64,000 nt of DNA, from assembly GCA_963805975.1 (NCBI GenBank), contig CAWDVR010000001.1:576001-640000 (forward strand). The letters run 5' to 3'. The translations under genes and the position numbers were made by a program. The notes under the pieces are model-generated. The model made no database searches, was not told the origin of the DNA, and was given only the letters and a program-made list of their open reading frames with translations. Below, in pieces: positions 28,577-39,017 of this stretch (positions within the stretch are counted from its first letter, which is position 1; each line of letters starts with the position of its first letter). This stretch comes from an uncultured Acidobacteriota bacterium (GTDB lineage Bacteria > Acidobacteriota > Thermoanaerobaculia > Multivoradales > SZUA-115).

Positions 28577-30304
28577 ATCTCACACCCCATCGAAGGCAAC
28601 ACGCAGGGCCTCTCGGCCTCCGAGAGGCGCACCCTCGAGCGCACCTTCCGCCGCCGCGTCGACCCGCAGGAGGCGTTCTCGCCGGAGCTCGCCCGCCACT
28701 TGGCCGAGGTGTCGCGCCAGATCGGTCGCCAGGTGGGCGTGCTCCTCACCCGCGAGGGCGCCGTCCGCCACGTGGTGGTGGGCGACGCGCAGCGGCTGAT
28801 GCTGCCGGACATCGGCCGCCTGCGCGGCGGCGCCGGCCGCTTCCGCGGCCTGCGCCTGGTCCACACCCACTTGAAGGGCGAGCCCCTCACCCGCGACGAC
28901 CTGAACGACCTCGCGCTCCTGCGCCTCGACCTGGTGGCGATGATCGAGGCCCTGCCCTCGGGCCTGCCGGGGCGGGTCGAGGTGGCGCAGGTCAACCCGT
29001 CGGCCTTCGACGGCGCACAGGGCGCGCCGGAGGATGCGTTCCTCCGCGTCGCGGCGCCGGACCTGCACCGCCTCGACTTCGACTTCGAGGCCAGCATCCG
29101 GGCCCTGGAGGAAGAAACTGCGCGCCTGACCGGCGCCGCCGGCAAAGTGGGCGAGGAGCGGGCCCTGGTCGTCGGCCTCAACCCCGACGACGAGCACTAC
29201 GAAGAGACGCTGGAGCTGGTGCGCTCGGCAGGGGTGATCGTCGCCGGCACCTCGCGGCAGCGCCGCGGCCAGGTCCACCCCAAGACCGTGGTGGGGCAGG
29301 GCAAGCTCCAGGAGCTGGTGCTCGAGAGCATGCGGCGCGGCGCCACGGTGGCGATCTTCGACATCAACCTGAAGCCGGGCCAGGCGCGGGCCTTCGAGGA
29401 CGCCACGGGCCTCAAAGCCATCGACCGCACGCAGCTCATCCTGGACGTCTTCGCGCAGCGCGCCAAGAGCCGCGACGGCAAGCTCCAGGTCGAGCTCGCG
29501 CAGCTCCGCTACTCGCTGCCGCGGCTCACCGAGAAGGATGCCGGGCTGTCGCGGCTGACCGGCGGCATCGGCGGCCGCGGGCCGGGAGAGACGGTGATGG
29601 AGATCGGCCGCCGCCGCATCCGGGACCGCATCCGCGCCCTCGAGCAGGAGGTCGGCAATCTCTCGCAGCAGCGCGACCTGCGCCGCCAGCGGCGGCGGCG
29701 CGAAGGCGTGCCCGTGCTGTCGATCATCGGCTACACCAACGCCGGCAAGAGCACGCTCTTGAACGCCCTCACCAAGAGCGACGTCGAGACCGCGGACAAG
29801 CTGTTCATGACCCTCGACCCGACCAGCCGCCGGCTGCGCTTCCCGCGCGAGGGCGAGGTGGTGGTGACCGATACCGTGGGCTTCATCGCCGACCTGCCGG
29901 CCGACTTGGTGGCGGCCTTCCGCGCCACGCTCGAGGAGCTCAAGGACGCGGACCTGCTGCTGCACGTGGTGGACGTGGCCGACCCTCGCATGGAGGCGAA
30001 GATCGCCTCCGTGGACGGCCTCCTGGCCGAGCTGAAGGTGGAGGAGGTGCCCCGGCTGATGGTCTTCAACAAGGCCGATCTCCTGCCGCCGGGGGCGGGG
30101 GAGCAGATCGCCGGACGCCACGAGGGCGTGGCGGTCTCGGCCCGCCTGCGCCAGGGCCTGCCGGACCTCATCCACGCCGCGGAGGAGCGGCTGGGGAGGA
30201 GCCGGCCCCTGCTCGAGCCGCGCCCCGGCGAGCGGGAAGCGGCGCTCGCGGCTGCCGAGGCCACGGTGCCGGAAGACGATGTGGTCGCGGGCAAGGCAAT
30301 GTGA
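28577..30304 (+). CDS. hflX: GTPase HflX with N-terminal extension; probable non-canonical ATC start
   Basis: [47 protein letters not shown] and NKAD. SD GGAGGT at 28568-28573 precedes the in-frame ATC. Confidence 0.92.
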   Translation: MSHPIEGNTQGLSASERRTLERTFRRRVDPQEAFSPELARHLAEVSRQIGRQVGVLLTREGAVRHVVVGDAQRLMLPDIGRLRGGAGRFRGLRLVHTHLKGEPLTRDDLNDLALLRLDLVAMIEALPSGLPGRVEVAQVNPSAFDGAQGAPEDAFLRVAAPDLHRLDFDFEASIRALEEETARLTGAAGKVGEERALVVGLNPDDEHYEETLELVRSAGVIVAGTSRQRRGQVHPKTVVGQGKLQELVLESMRRGATVAIFDINLKPGQARAFEDATGLKAIDRTQLILDVFAQRAKSRDGKLQVELAQLRYSLPRLTEKDAGLSRLTGGIGGRGPGETVMEIGRRRIRDRIRALEQEVGNLSQQRDLRRQRRRREGVPVLSIIGYTNAGKSTLLNALTKSDVETADKLFMTLDPTSRRLRFPREGEVVVTDTVGFIADLPADLVAAFRATLEELKDADLLLHVVDVADPRMEAKIASVDGLLAELKVEEVPRLMVFNKADLLPPGAGEQIAGRHEGVAVSARLRQGLPDLIHAAEERLGRSRPLLEPRPGEREAALAAAEATVPEDDVVAGKAM

Positions 30305-30388
30305 TACATTCAGTTAGACTTTTGCATCCAGTCGAACTTAGAGTTTCCGTAGCGCTTGCCCGAGGCCCAAGCTCCGCTCCCCGCCCCC

Positions 30389-30509
30389 TCCTCACTTTGT
30401 CCTGCCCAGTGCTCCGCCGGGGATCGTCACCACGCCTGCCTACCGCCGGTCCCGCGACCGGCGGCGACCAAGGATCGATCGCCCGCACCCAACCCGGGCA
30501 AAGTGAGGA
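30389..30509 (+). promoter_or_regulatory. Structured 5' leader able to sequester the RBS of the RRM gene
   Basis: TCCTCACTTTGTCC (30389-30402) pairs with GGGCAAAGTGAGGA (30496-30509), 14 bp with one G-U pair. It encloses a 9-bp hairpin at 30443-30464. Confidence 0.6.
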
Positions 30510-30512
30510 ACC

Positions 30513-30782
30513 ATGGCCAAGAGAATCTACGTAGGGAACCTGCCTTTCTCCGCCAACGAAGATCAGCTCCGCGACCTCTTCAGCACCTATGGCGAGGTGG
30601 TCTCGGTGAGCCTGATCACCGACCGCCAGACCGGCCAGCCGCGCGGCTTCGGCTTTGTCGAGATGCACGACGAGGCGGTGGACAAGGCGGTGGCGGGGCT
30701 CGACCAGCAGCCCTTCGGTGGCCGCACCCTGCGCGTCAACGAGGCACGGCCGCGCGACGACCGTCCGCCGCGCCGCGGTTGA
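30513..30782 (+). CDS. RRM RNA-binding protein
   Basis: RNP2 IYVGNL, RNP1 RGFGFVEM and GRTLRVNEARPR. Confidence 0.95.
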   Translation: MAKRIYVGNLPFSANEDQLRDLFSTYGEVVSVSLITDRQTGQPRGFGFVEMHDEAVDKAVAGLDQQPFGGRTLRVNEARPRDDRPPRRG

Positions 30783-30787
30783 CGGCA

Positions 30788-30809
30788 GGCGCCCGCGGAG
30801 GCGGGCGCC
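30788..30809 (+). terminator. GC-rich 9-bp hairpin after the RRM gene, no U-tract
   Basis: GGCGCCCGC-GGAG-GCGGGCGCC. Confidence 0.45.
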
Positions 30810-30886
30810 CGGGTCTCCCGAAGCCGTGGTGTTAGCATCCCCGTTTTCCTCGGGGCGGCTTGAGCCTCGGCTGATGGAGGCTTGTG

Positions 30887-33340
30887 ATGAGCGACGGCGA
30901 ACGCTACGAACCGCAGGAGATCGAGCCCCGCTGGCAGGCGAAGTGGGCGGCGGACGGCCTCTACCGTTCCGACGTCGATCCCGCGCGGCCCAAGCACTAT
31001 GCCGTGACCATGCTGCCCTATCCCTCGGGCGATCTCCACATCGGTCACTGGTACTCCATTTCGCCGCCCGACGCGCGCGCCCGCTTCAAGCGCATGCAGG
31101 GTTTCAACGTGCTGTTCCCGATCGGCTTCGACGCCTTCGGGCTGCCGGCCGAGAACGCGGCGATCAAGCACAACATCCATCCCAAGCAGTGGACCTACGC
31201 CAACATCGAACGCATGCGCGGCCAGCTCCGGCTGATGGGCGCGATGTTCGACTGGCGGCGCGAGATGGTGTCCTGCGATCCCGAGTACTACCGCTGGACG
31301 CAGTGGTTCTTCCTCAAGCTCTTCGCGGGTGACCTCGCCTACCGGAAAGCGGCGGCGGTCGACTGGTGCCCCTCCTGCAACACCACCCTCGCCCGCGAGC
31401 AGGTGGTGGGGGACGACCGCCGTTGCGAGCGCTGCGACACGCCGGTCACCCGCCGCAACCTCGAGCAGTGGTTCTTCCGCACCACCCGCTACGCCGACGA
31501 GCTCCTGGACTACTCCGGGGTGCGCTGGCCGGAGCGCGTCAAGCTGCTCCAGCAGCGCTGGATCGGCCGCTCCGAGGGCGCCCAGGTCGCCTTCCGCGCC
31601 GAGACCGGGGACTCAATCGAGGTCTTCACCACCCGGCCGGACACGCTCTGGGGCGTGACCTTCCTGGTGCTGGCGCCGGAGCACCCGCTGGTCGCCAAGG
31701 TCACCGCCCCCGACCGCCAGGCCGAGGTGGAGGCCTACCTGGAACAGGCGCGGCGGCAGAGCGACGTACAGCGCGAGGCCGCCGACCGCGAGAAGACCGG
31801 GGTGGCCACCGGCGGCTTCGCCGTCAACCCGGTGAACGGCGAGCGGGTGCCGATCTGGATCGCGGACTACGTGCTGCCGACCTACGGCTCGGGCGCCATC
31901 ATGGCGGTGCCGGCCCACGACCAGCGCGACTTCGAGTTCGCGCGCCGCTTCGCTCTGCCCATCCGGCCGGTGATCGTGCCGGAGGGGGAGGACGCTCCCG
32001 ACCCGGCGGCGATGACCGAGGCCCTCTCCCACAAGGGCCGGATGGTCGCCTCCGGCGATCTGACCGGCACCCCGGCCGAGGAGGCCGTGGAGCGCGCCAT
32101 CTCCTTCCTCGAAGCGCGCGGCGCCGGCCGGCGCTCGGTGAACTTCCGGCTGCGCGACTGGCTGATCTCGCGGCAGCGCTACTGGGGCGCGCCGATCCCG
32201 ATCCTCTATTGCGGCGCCTGCGGCGCGGTGCCGGTGCCGGAAGAGGATCTGCCGGTGCGGCTGCCGGACGACGTGGACTGGCGGCCGACCGGCGAGAGCC
32301 CGCTCAAGCTCCATCCCACGTGGCGGAAGGCGACCTGCCCGCGTTGCGGCGGCGAGGCCGAGCGCGAGACGGACACCATGGACACCTTCATGTGCTCGTC
32401 CTGGTACCACCTGCGGTACCTGTCGCCCCACTACGACCAGGGGCCGTACGACCCGCGCGAGTACGCGTACTGGATGCCGGTCGACACCTACAGCGGTGGC
32501 ATCGAGCACGCCACCATGCACCTGATCTACACCCGCTTCTTCCACAAGGCGTGCCGCGATCTCGGCATCACCAGCGGGCCGGAGCCGATGCTCGAGCTGC
32601 ACAACCAGGGCATCATCCTCGGCGAAGACTCGGAGAAGATGTCGAAGAGCCGCGGCAACGTGGTCGCTCCCGACGGGCTGGTCGAGACCTACGGCGTCGA
32701 CACCGTGCGCGCCTACTTGATGTTCTTCGCGCGCTGGGAGCAGGGCGGGCCGTGGAGCTCCTCCGGCATCGAGGGCACGGCGCGCTGGCTGCGCCGCCTG
32801 TGGGTACTGGTGACGGCGCCGCCCGGCGCTGCCGGCGAAGCGGACACGGCCACTCTCCGTGCCCTCAAACGCAAGCTCCACCAGACCATCGCGCAGGTGA
32901 CTCGCGACTTCGAGAACCTGAGCTTCAACACCGTGATCTCGAGCCTCATGGAGCTCGCCAACGAGATGGGGCGCACGGCCCAGGCCGGCGCCGCCGGAAC
33001 GCCGGAGTGGGAGGAGGCGGTGGACGTCTACCTGCGCCTGCTGGCGCCGGTAGCGCCGCACATCTCGGAGGAGCTGTGGTCGCGGCTGGGCAAGCCGTAC
33101 TCCATCCACCAGCAGCCCTGGCCGCAGGCGGACGCGGCGGCAGCGGCCGAGGAGGAGATCACCCTGGTGGTGCAGGTCAACGGCAAGGTGCGGGACCGTA
33201 TCGTGCTCCCGACCGGGACCGGCGAGGAGGAGGCCCGTCGCGCCGCCCTGGCCTCCGAGACGGTACAGCGCTTCCTCGCCGGCCAGGAGCCGCGCAAGGT
33301 GATCGTGGTGCCCGGACGGCTGGTGAACATCGTGGCGTAG
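30887..33340 (+). CDS. leuS: Leucine--tRNA ligase
   Basis: PYPSGDLHIGH, FDAFGLPAENAAI, FTTRPDT, DWLISRQRYWG, KMSKS and VVQVNGKVR. Start is ATG 30887 or GTG 30884. Confidence 0.97.
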   Translation: MSDGERYEPQEIEPRWQAKWAADGLYRSDVDPARPKHYAVTMLPYPSGDLHIGHWYSISPPDARARFKRMQGFNVLFPIGFDAFGLPAENAAIKHNIHPKQWTYANIERMRGQLRLMGAMFDWRREMVSCDPEYYRWTQWFFLKLFAGDLAYRKAAAVDWCPSCNTTLAREQVVGDDRRCERCDTPVTRRNLEQWFFRTTRYADELLDYSGVRWPERVKLLQQRWIGRSEGAQVAFRAETGDSIEVFTTRPDTLWGVTFLVLAPEHPLVAKVTAPDRQAEVEAYLEQARRQSDVQREAADREKTGVATGGFAVNPVNGERVPIWIADYVLPTYGSGAIMAVPAHDQRDFEFARRFALPIRPVIVPEGEDAPDPAAMTEALSHKGRMVASGDLTGTPAEEAVERAISFLEARGAGRRSVNFRLRDWLISRQRYWGAPIPILYCGACGAVPVPEEDLPVRLPDDVDWRPTGESPLKLHPTWRKATCPRCGGEAERETDTMDTFMCSSWYHLRYLSPHYDQGPYDPREYAYWMPVDTYSGGIEHATMHLIYTRFFHKACRDLGITSGPEPMLELHNQGIILGEDSEKMSKSRGNVVAPDGLVETYGVDTVRAYLMFFARWEQGGPWSSSGIEGTARWLRRLWVLVTAPPGAAGEADTATLRALKRKLHQTIAQVTRDFENLSFNTVISSLMELANEMGRTAQAGAAGTPEWEEAVDVYLRLLAPVAPHISEELWSRLGKPYSIHQQPWPQADAAAAAEEEITLVVQVNGKVRDRIVLPTGTGEEEARRAALASETVQRFLAGQEPRKVIVVPGRLVNIVA

Positions 33341-33350
33341 GAAGAGCCCT

Positions 33351-34382
33351 TCAGCGCGCCGCGTTCTTCGCTTCCGGGATCGCCTCGAGGATGCGGTGGA
33401 TGAGGTCTTTCTGGATGGCGCGGGACCAGCCGCTCACCCGGTAGAGGATCACGCCCTCGTGGTCCGCCAGGATGAAGGTGGGCACGGCGGTGATCTCGAA
33501 GTCCCGATCGAGCGCCTGGCTCTCGTCGTAGATCTGCGGCCAGCTCATGCCGAGCTCGGCGACCAGCTCCCGGAGCCGCACGTCCGTGCGGTCGGTCGAG
33601 ATGCTCAGCACAGAAAAAGGCTCCGTCGCCGAGCGCTTGTTCCAGCGCTGGAGCTCGGGGACCGCTTCGCGGCAGAGAGCGTTCCCGGTCTCCCAGAAGC
33701 TGAACAGCACCACCTTGCCGAGCAGGGCCTCGTCGGTGAGGCGCCGGCCGTCGAGCGTCACGGCCTCGAAATCCGGCACCATGGGGACTCGGCCGCGCCG
33801 GGGGTTGGCGATCAGCGCCCGCGCCCGAGCGGCCTTCGGGGACTGGGGGAACTGCTCGAGGAACCGCTTCAGCTCCTCGACGCCGTGCTCGTCCTGGCCG
33901 AGCTTGAGCAGCACCCCGCCGAGGTCGTAGCGCGCGGTCACCAGCTTTCCACCCGAGACCTCGAGCGCCTGGCGCAACGACTCGGCCGCGGCGGTGAGCT
34001 GTTCCTCGGTGGCGCCGCCGCCGCGGAGGAGGGTCTGGCCGAGCAGGTAGTGGGCCTCGGCCTTGTCCTCCGGCTCCACCGCTGCGTCGATCGCGCGCCG
34101 GGCGTACGACTCGGCGTCCGGCCAGGAGCCGAAGCAGGTGTAGGCGCGGGCTGCGCCGTTCAGCACCACGAAGGTTGGCGTGGGTGCCAGCTTCTCCGCC
34201 TTGCGGAAAGCCTTGATGGCGCTGGAGCAATCCTTCTGCGAGAGAAGATCCTGCCCTTCATCGATCAGTTCTTCGTAGGTGGCAGGTTTGTCTTCGGCTG
34301 CCGTATCTCGGGCGGCGGCCAACGCCATCCCGAGCACCAGGAAGGAGAGGCCAAGCACCAGCCGGCGGCAGGGGAGGCTCAT
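33351..34382 (-). CDS. Exported TPR plus TlpA/redoxin-fold protein with an atypical active site
   Basis: Signal peptide and TPR helices, then PDFEAVTLDG..GKVVLFSFWETGNALC..VPTFILADHEG. Confidence 0.8.
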   Translation of the reverse strand: MSLPCRRLVLGLSFLVLGMALAAARDTAAEDKPATYEELIDEGQDLLSQKDCSSAIKAFRKAEKLAPTPTFVVLNGAARAYTCFGSWPDAESYARRAIDAAVEPEDKAEAHYLLGQTLLRGGGATEEQLTAAAESLRQALEVSGGKLVTARYDLGGVLLKLGQDEHGVEELKRFLEQFPQSPKAARARALIANPRRGRVPMVPDFEAVTLDGRRLTDEALLGKVVLFSFWETGNALCREAVPELQRWNKRSATEPFSVLSISTDRTDVRLRELVAELGMSWPQIYDESQALDRDFEITAVPTFILADHEGVILYRVSGWSRAIQKDLIHRILEAIPEAKNAAR

Positions 34383-34393
34383 GCCGAGCTGCT

Positions 34394-35635
34394 TCAGGCG
34401 AGCGTCGTCAGCACCTTCTCGATGCGCTCGATGGCCCAGTCGAGCTCGGCCTGCTCGATGACCAGCGGGGGAGCGATGCGGATCACGTGCTCGTGGGTCT
34501 CTTTGCAGAGCAGGCCCTCGGCGACCAAGGCCTCGCAGAAGCGGCGGGCGCCGCCGGCTTCCGGCCGGAGCACGATGCCCACCCAGAGGCCCCGGCCTCG
34601 CACCACGTCGACGTGCGGCGAGCGGATGGCGGAGAGCCGCTCGAGCAGGTAGGCGCCGAGGCGCGCGGAGCGCTCGATCATTCCTTCCGAGATCAGCACG
34701 TCGAGGGCGGCGCGGGCCACGGCGGCGGCCACCGGGTTGCCGCCGTAGGTGGAACCATGGCTCCCCGGCGTGAAGACGTTCATCAGCTCGTCGTCGGCGA
34801 GGAAGGCGGACACCGGGTAGAGGCCGCCGGAGAGCGCCTTGCCGAGGACCACTCCGTCCGGTCGGATGCCCTCGTGCTCGTAGGCGAAGAGCTTGCCGGT
34901 GCGGCCGAGGCCGGACTGGATCTCGTCGGCCACCAGCAGCACCCGATGCCGCGTGCAGATCTCGCGGAGGCGCTTCAGGTAGCCGTCCGGCGGCACGATG
35001 ATGCCGCCCTCGCCCTGGATCGGCTCGACCAGCACGGCGGCGGTGTTGGGGGTGATGGCGCGCTCCACCGCCTCGGCGTCGCCGAACGGCAGCACGGCGA
35101 AGCCCGGTGTGAACGGGCCGAACCCGTCGCGATAGCCGGCCTCGGAGGAGAAGCCCACGATGGTCGTGGTGCGGCCATGGAAGTTGTTGTCGAAAGCGAG
35201 GATCTCGGCCTGGCCGTCCGGCACGCCCTTCACCGTGTAGGCCCACCGGCGGGCGGCCTTGATGGCGGTCTCCACGGCCTCGGCCCCGGTGTTCATCGGC
35301 AGCACGCGATCGAAGCCGCTGAGCGTCGCCAGATCGCGGCAGAAGAGGCCGAGCTGGTCGTTGCGAAAGGCGCGCGAGGTGAGCGCCACGCGGCCGAGCT
35401 GCTCGATGAGCGCCGCGACGATCCGCGGGTGCAGGTGGCCCTGGTTGACGGAGGAGTAGGCGGCCAAGAGATCCATGTACTTCCGGCCCTCGACGTCCCA
35501 CACCCAGATGCCCTGGGCGCGCTGGATCACCACGTCGAGCGGGTGGTAGGTGTGGGCCCCGTACAGCTCCTCGAGCGCGATGAGATCGGCGGTGGTTTCG
35601 GGGGTTTTGGTGGAGCTGTCGAGCGCGATGGACAT
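34394..35635 (-). CDS. rocD: Ornithine--oxo-acid aminotransferase
   Basis: [53 protein letters not shown] and HGSTYGGNP. Confidence 0.95.
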   Translation of the reverse strand: MSIALDSSTKTPETTADLIALEELYGAHTYHPLDVVIQRAQGIWVWDVEGRKYMDLLAAYSSVNQGHLHPRIVAALIEQLGRVALTSRAFRNDQLGLFCRDLATLSGFDRVLPMNTGAEAVETAIKAARRWAYTVKGVPDGQAEILAFDNNFHGRTTTIVGFSSEAGYRDGFGPFTPGFAVLPFGDAEAVERAITPNTAAVLVEPIQGEGGIIVPPDGYLKRLREICTRHRVLLVADEIQSGLGRTGKLFAYEHEGIRPDGVVLGKALSGGLYPVSAFLADDELMNVFTPGSHGSTYGGNPVAAAVARAALDVLISEGMIERSARLGAYLLERLSAIRSPHVDVVRGRGLWVGIVLRPEAGGARRFCEALVAEGLLCKETHEHVIRIAPPLVIEQAELDWAIERIEKVLTTLA

Positions 35636-35724
35636 GGCCTGGATGGTAGCACGGAGGGCCGCCCCAATCAGGCCTCGCGGCCGGCCGGCGAACCCATCGC
35701 TCCGGCTCGCGTATCATCCTTTGG

Positions 35725-38700
35725 ATGCCTACCACCTCGGCCACGCTCCCCATCCTGATCGACGAGCTGCGCAAAGACCCGCGGCTCGCGGCGAGCGTCG
35801 CCTACAGCGCTTTCCTGCCGCCGTCCGAGGCGCGCTACGGCGTGCTCGACCCGCCGCTGGCGGACCCGCTGGTGGCGGCGCTCGAGTCGACCGGCGCGCG
35901 CAAGCTGTGGAGCCACCAGACGGCGGCTCTCGCAGCCGTGCGGCGCGGCGAGGACGTGCTGGTGACCACCCCCACGGCCTCGGGGAAGTCCCTGGTCTTC
36001 CACCTGCCGGTGCTCGAGGAGGCGCTGGCCGGCGGGCCGGGCCGGGCGCTTTGTCTCTTCCCCTTGAAGGCCCTGGGGCAGGACCAGCGGGCCAAGCTCG
36101 GGGCCCTGGCGCGCGCCGCCGGCCTGGGGCCCGATACCGCCGGCTGCGAGATCTACGACGGCGACACGCCGCGGACCGAGCGCCAGCGCATTCGCCTCGC
36201 GCCACCCCGCATCCTGATCTCGAACCCGGACATGCTCCACGCCGGCCTCCTTGCCCGGCTCGACAACTGGCGCCCTTTCTTCGCCGACCTCCGGTGGATC
36301 GTGCTCGACGAGATCCACACCTACCGCGGCATCTTCGGCAGCCACTTCCACCACGTGCTGGCACGGCTGCTGCGCGCCTGCCGCGCGGAGGGCGCGAGCC
36401 CGAGCCTGATCGCCTCGTCCGCCACCGCCGCGAACGCCGCCGAGTTCGCGGGCCTGCTCTCCGGCCGGAGCTTCCACTGGGTCAGCGAGTCCGGGGCGCC
36501 GCGCGAGGGGCGTCACTTCGTGCTGCTGCGGCCCGAGGCGAGCCCTTACACCACGGCCCTGCGGCTCTTCGTCCACCTGCTCGCGTCCGGGATGAAGACC
36601 ATCGTCTTCACCAAGGCGCGGCGCATCACCGAGCTCCTCTACTCCTGGCTCCGGCGCCAGGAGCCGGAGCTGGCGCGCGGGGTGGCGAGCTACCGCTCCG
36701 GTTTCCTGCCCGAGGAGCGGCGGGGCATCGAGCGGCGGCTCTTCGACGGTGAGCTCAAGGGCGTGATCTCCACCTCGGCGCTCGAGATGGGGATCGACGT
36801 CGGCGGCCTCGACGCCTGCGTGCTGGTGGGCTATCCCGGCAGCATGATGGCCACCTGGCAGCGCGCCGGGCGGGTGGGGCGGGCCGGGCAGGAGTCGCTG
36901 ACGGCGATGGTCGCCATGCCGGATGCTCTCGACCAGTACATCCTCGATCATCCGGCGGAGTTCCTGGAGCGGCCCTGCGAACGGCTGGTGGTCGATCCCG
37001 GCAACGAGCCGGTGGCGCGCGCGCACCTGGTCTGCGCCGCCGCCGAGATGCCGCTCTCGCGCCAGCGCGACGCCGCCTATCTCGAAGCCTTTGCGCCGCT
37101 GGTGGGGGACTTGCTCGCCACGGGAGAGCTCGTGGAGGACGAAGGGCGCGCCGAGATCCGCGCCACGAACCGCCGGCCGCACCGGGACGTGAGCCTGCGC
37201 GGCACGGGCCGCACCGCGCAGATCCTCGAGGCCGGCACCGGGCGCACGATCGGCACCGTGGACGGCATCCGCGTGCTGCACGAGTGCCATCCGGGCGCCG
37301 TCTACCTCCACGCGGGCAAGCAGTTCCTGGTGCGGGACCTGGACCTGGAGGCGCACAAGGTGTGGGCCGAGCGGGTGGAGGTGGACTACTTCACCACGCC
37401 CTTGACCGAAAAAGAGACCGAGATCCGCGAGGTGCTCTCCACCGCGGCCGAGCCTCTGCGGAGCCGCCTCGGCCGCCTGCTGGTGACCGAGCGGGTGGTG
37501 GGCTTCGAAGAGAAGCGCCTGGGCTCGCAGGAGGTGCTGGCGCGGCACCCCCTGGAGCTGCCCGAGTCGCGCTTCGAGACCGTCGGCCTGTGGTGGGAGG
37601 TGCCGCGCGCGCTCGAAGAAGCCCTGCGCCTGGCCGGCGACCACTACCTGGGTGCTCTCCACGCCAGCGAGCACGCGGCGATCTCGCTCTATCCGCTGCT
37701 GGCGCTCTGCGATCGCAGCGACATCGGCGGCATCTCCTACCCGCTCCACCCGCAGGTGGGGAGCGGCGCGGTCTTCGTCTACGACGGCCATCCGGGCGGC
37801 GTGGGCATCGCGGCGCGGGTCTTCACCGAGCTGCCGGCGCTCCTCGCGCGGGTGCTCGAGCTGGTCACGAGCTGCGCCTGCGACGGCGGCTGCCCGTCCT
37901 GCGTGCAGTCTCCCAAGTGCGGCAACGGCAACCGGCCGCTGGACAAGGCCGGCGCGGCGCGGCTGCTGCGGCTGCTCCTGGGCCGCGAGCTGGTGCCGCC
38001 GGAGGCCCTGGCCGCGGCCGAGCGCCCGCGCGCTGTGACCGCTGTCGCCCCTCGCCGGCCCTCGGTGGCGCCGGAGCTGAAGGCGCCCGTGCCGCCCATC
38101 CCGCCGCCGGCACCCATCCTCCTGGAGGCGGCGGTCCAGGTGACGTACCTTCCCGCGGCTCCTGCCGTTTCGCCGGCGCCGTCGAGCGGGGCGGCGGTGG
38201 TCGGGGACGCGGTACGCATCGAGCCGCCGCGCTCCTGGGTCGCCGGAACCTGGGTGCCGGCCCCGGGTGTGAAGCTCAGGAACACGGTGCTCTTCGACGT
38301 CGAGACCCGGCGTGCGGCGTCGGAGGTGGGAGGCTGGGGCAACGCGCACCGCATGGGGGTCGCGATCGGCGTCGCCTGCCTGCTCGAAGAGGGCCGCTTC
38401 GAGGTCTTCGACGAGAGCCGGGTGCGCGAGCTCACGGCGCTGCTCAAGAGCGCGGACCTGGTGGTGGGCTTCAACATCCGCCGGTTCGACTACCTGGTGC
38501 TCTCCGGCTACACGGGCGAGGATCTCAACCGGCTGGTGCCGACCTTCGACCTGCTGGAGGACGTCCACCACCGGCTCGGCCACCGGGCCGGGCTGGGGAA
38601 CTTGGCGCAGGCGACGCTCGGCACGGCCAAGTCAGCGGACGGCCTGCAGAGCCTCGAGTGGGTGAAGCAGGGCCGGCTCGACCTGGTGACCGACTACTGC

Positions 38701-38811
38701 CGCAAGGACGTGGAGATCCTGCGCGACCTCTACCTCTTCGGCCGCCGCGAGGGCTGCATCTACTACCCGGACAAGCGCGGCGAGCGCCTGAAGCTCACGG
38801 TGGAGTGGTAG
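35725..38811 (+). CDS. DEAH-box/DUF1998 helicase (MrfA/YprA/Hrq1-like) fused to a C-terminal YprB/MrfB-like DEDD exonuclease
   Basis: PTASGKS, DEIH, SAT, ALEMGIDVG and QRAGRVGR; DUF1998 YDGHPGGVG..CACDGGCPSC; after a Pro-rich linker, FDVET..GFNIRRFD..YCRKDV. Confidence 0.9.
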   Translation: MPTTSATLPILIDELRKDPRLAASVAYSAFLPPSEARYGVLDPPLADPLVAALESTGARKLWSHQTAALAAVRRGEDVLVTTPTASGKSLVFHLPVLEEALAGGPGRALCLFPLKALGQDQRAKLGALARAAGLGPDTAGCEIYDGDTPRTERQRIRLAPPRILISNPDMLHAGLLARLDNWRPFFADLRWIVLDEIHTYRGIFGSHFHHVLARLLRACRAEGASPSLIASSATAANAAEFAGLLSGRSFHWVSESGAPREGRHFVLLRPEASPYTTALRLFVHLLASGMKTIVFTKARRITELLYSWLRRQEPELARGVASYRSGFLPEERRGIERRLFDGELKGVISTSALEMGIDVGGLDACVLVGYPGSMMATWQRAGRVGRAGQESLTAMVAMPDALDQYILDHPAEFLERPCERLVVDPGNEPVARAHLVCAAAEMPLSRQRDAAYLEAFAPLVGDLLATGELVEDEGRAEIRATNRRPHRDVSLRGTGRTAQILEAGTGRTIGTVDGIRVLHECHPGAVYLHAGKQFLVRDLDLEAHKVWAERVEVDYFTTPLTEKETEIREVLSTAAEPLRSRLGRLLVTERVVGFEEKRLGSQEVLARHPLELPESRFETVGLWWEVPRALEEALRLAGDHYLGALHASEHAAISLYPLLALCDRSDIGGISYPLHPQVGSGAVFVYDGHPGGVGIAARVFTELPALLARVLELVTSCACDGGCPSCVQSPKCGNGNRPLDKAGAARLLRLLLGRELVPPEALAAAERPRAVTAVAPRRPSVAPELKAPVPPIPPPAPILLEAAVQVTYLPAAPAVSPAPSSGAAVVGDAVRIEPPRSWVAGTWVPAPGVKLRNTVLFDVETRRAASEVGGWGNAHRMGVAIGVACLLEEGRFEVFDESRVRELTALLKSADLVVGFNIRRFDYLVLSGYTGEDLNRLVPTFDLLEDVHHRLGHRAGLGNLAQATLGTAKSADGLQSLEWVKQGRLDLVTDYCRKDVEILRDLYLFGRREGCIYYPDKRGERLKLTVEW

Positions 38812-39017
38812 GCGTGTCGTAGCTCCGGCTACCACCCTCGAAGCCTCGAACCTCTGGCCCCTGGCGGAACGTCGCTCTGGGTCGAGAGCGCTGGGCAGTC
38901 GTGCAGGAAGGCGATGCCTCTCCTCACGTCCCGGTCGGCGCACCGGGCCAAGGTCCGATGGTACTTCAGCGCCTAATCGGATATGCTGTTAAATTAGGCA
39001 ACTACGGGAGGATCTAA

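Noticed and set aside
20578-35635. pruA and rocD as a novel linked pathway
   Set aside because: This is ordinary ornithine/proline catabolism, and the genes are 12 kb apart on opposite strands.
35725-38811. DUF1998 helicase as part of a DISARM or Druantia defence system
   Set aside because: There are no methylase, drmA/drmC or other defence partners nearby, and the housekeeping context and YprB-like domain fit DNA repair.
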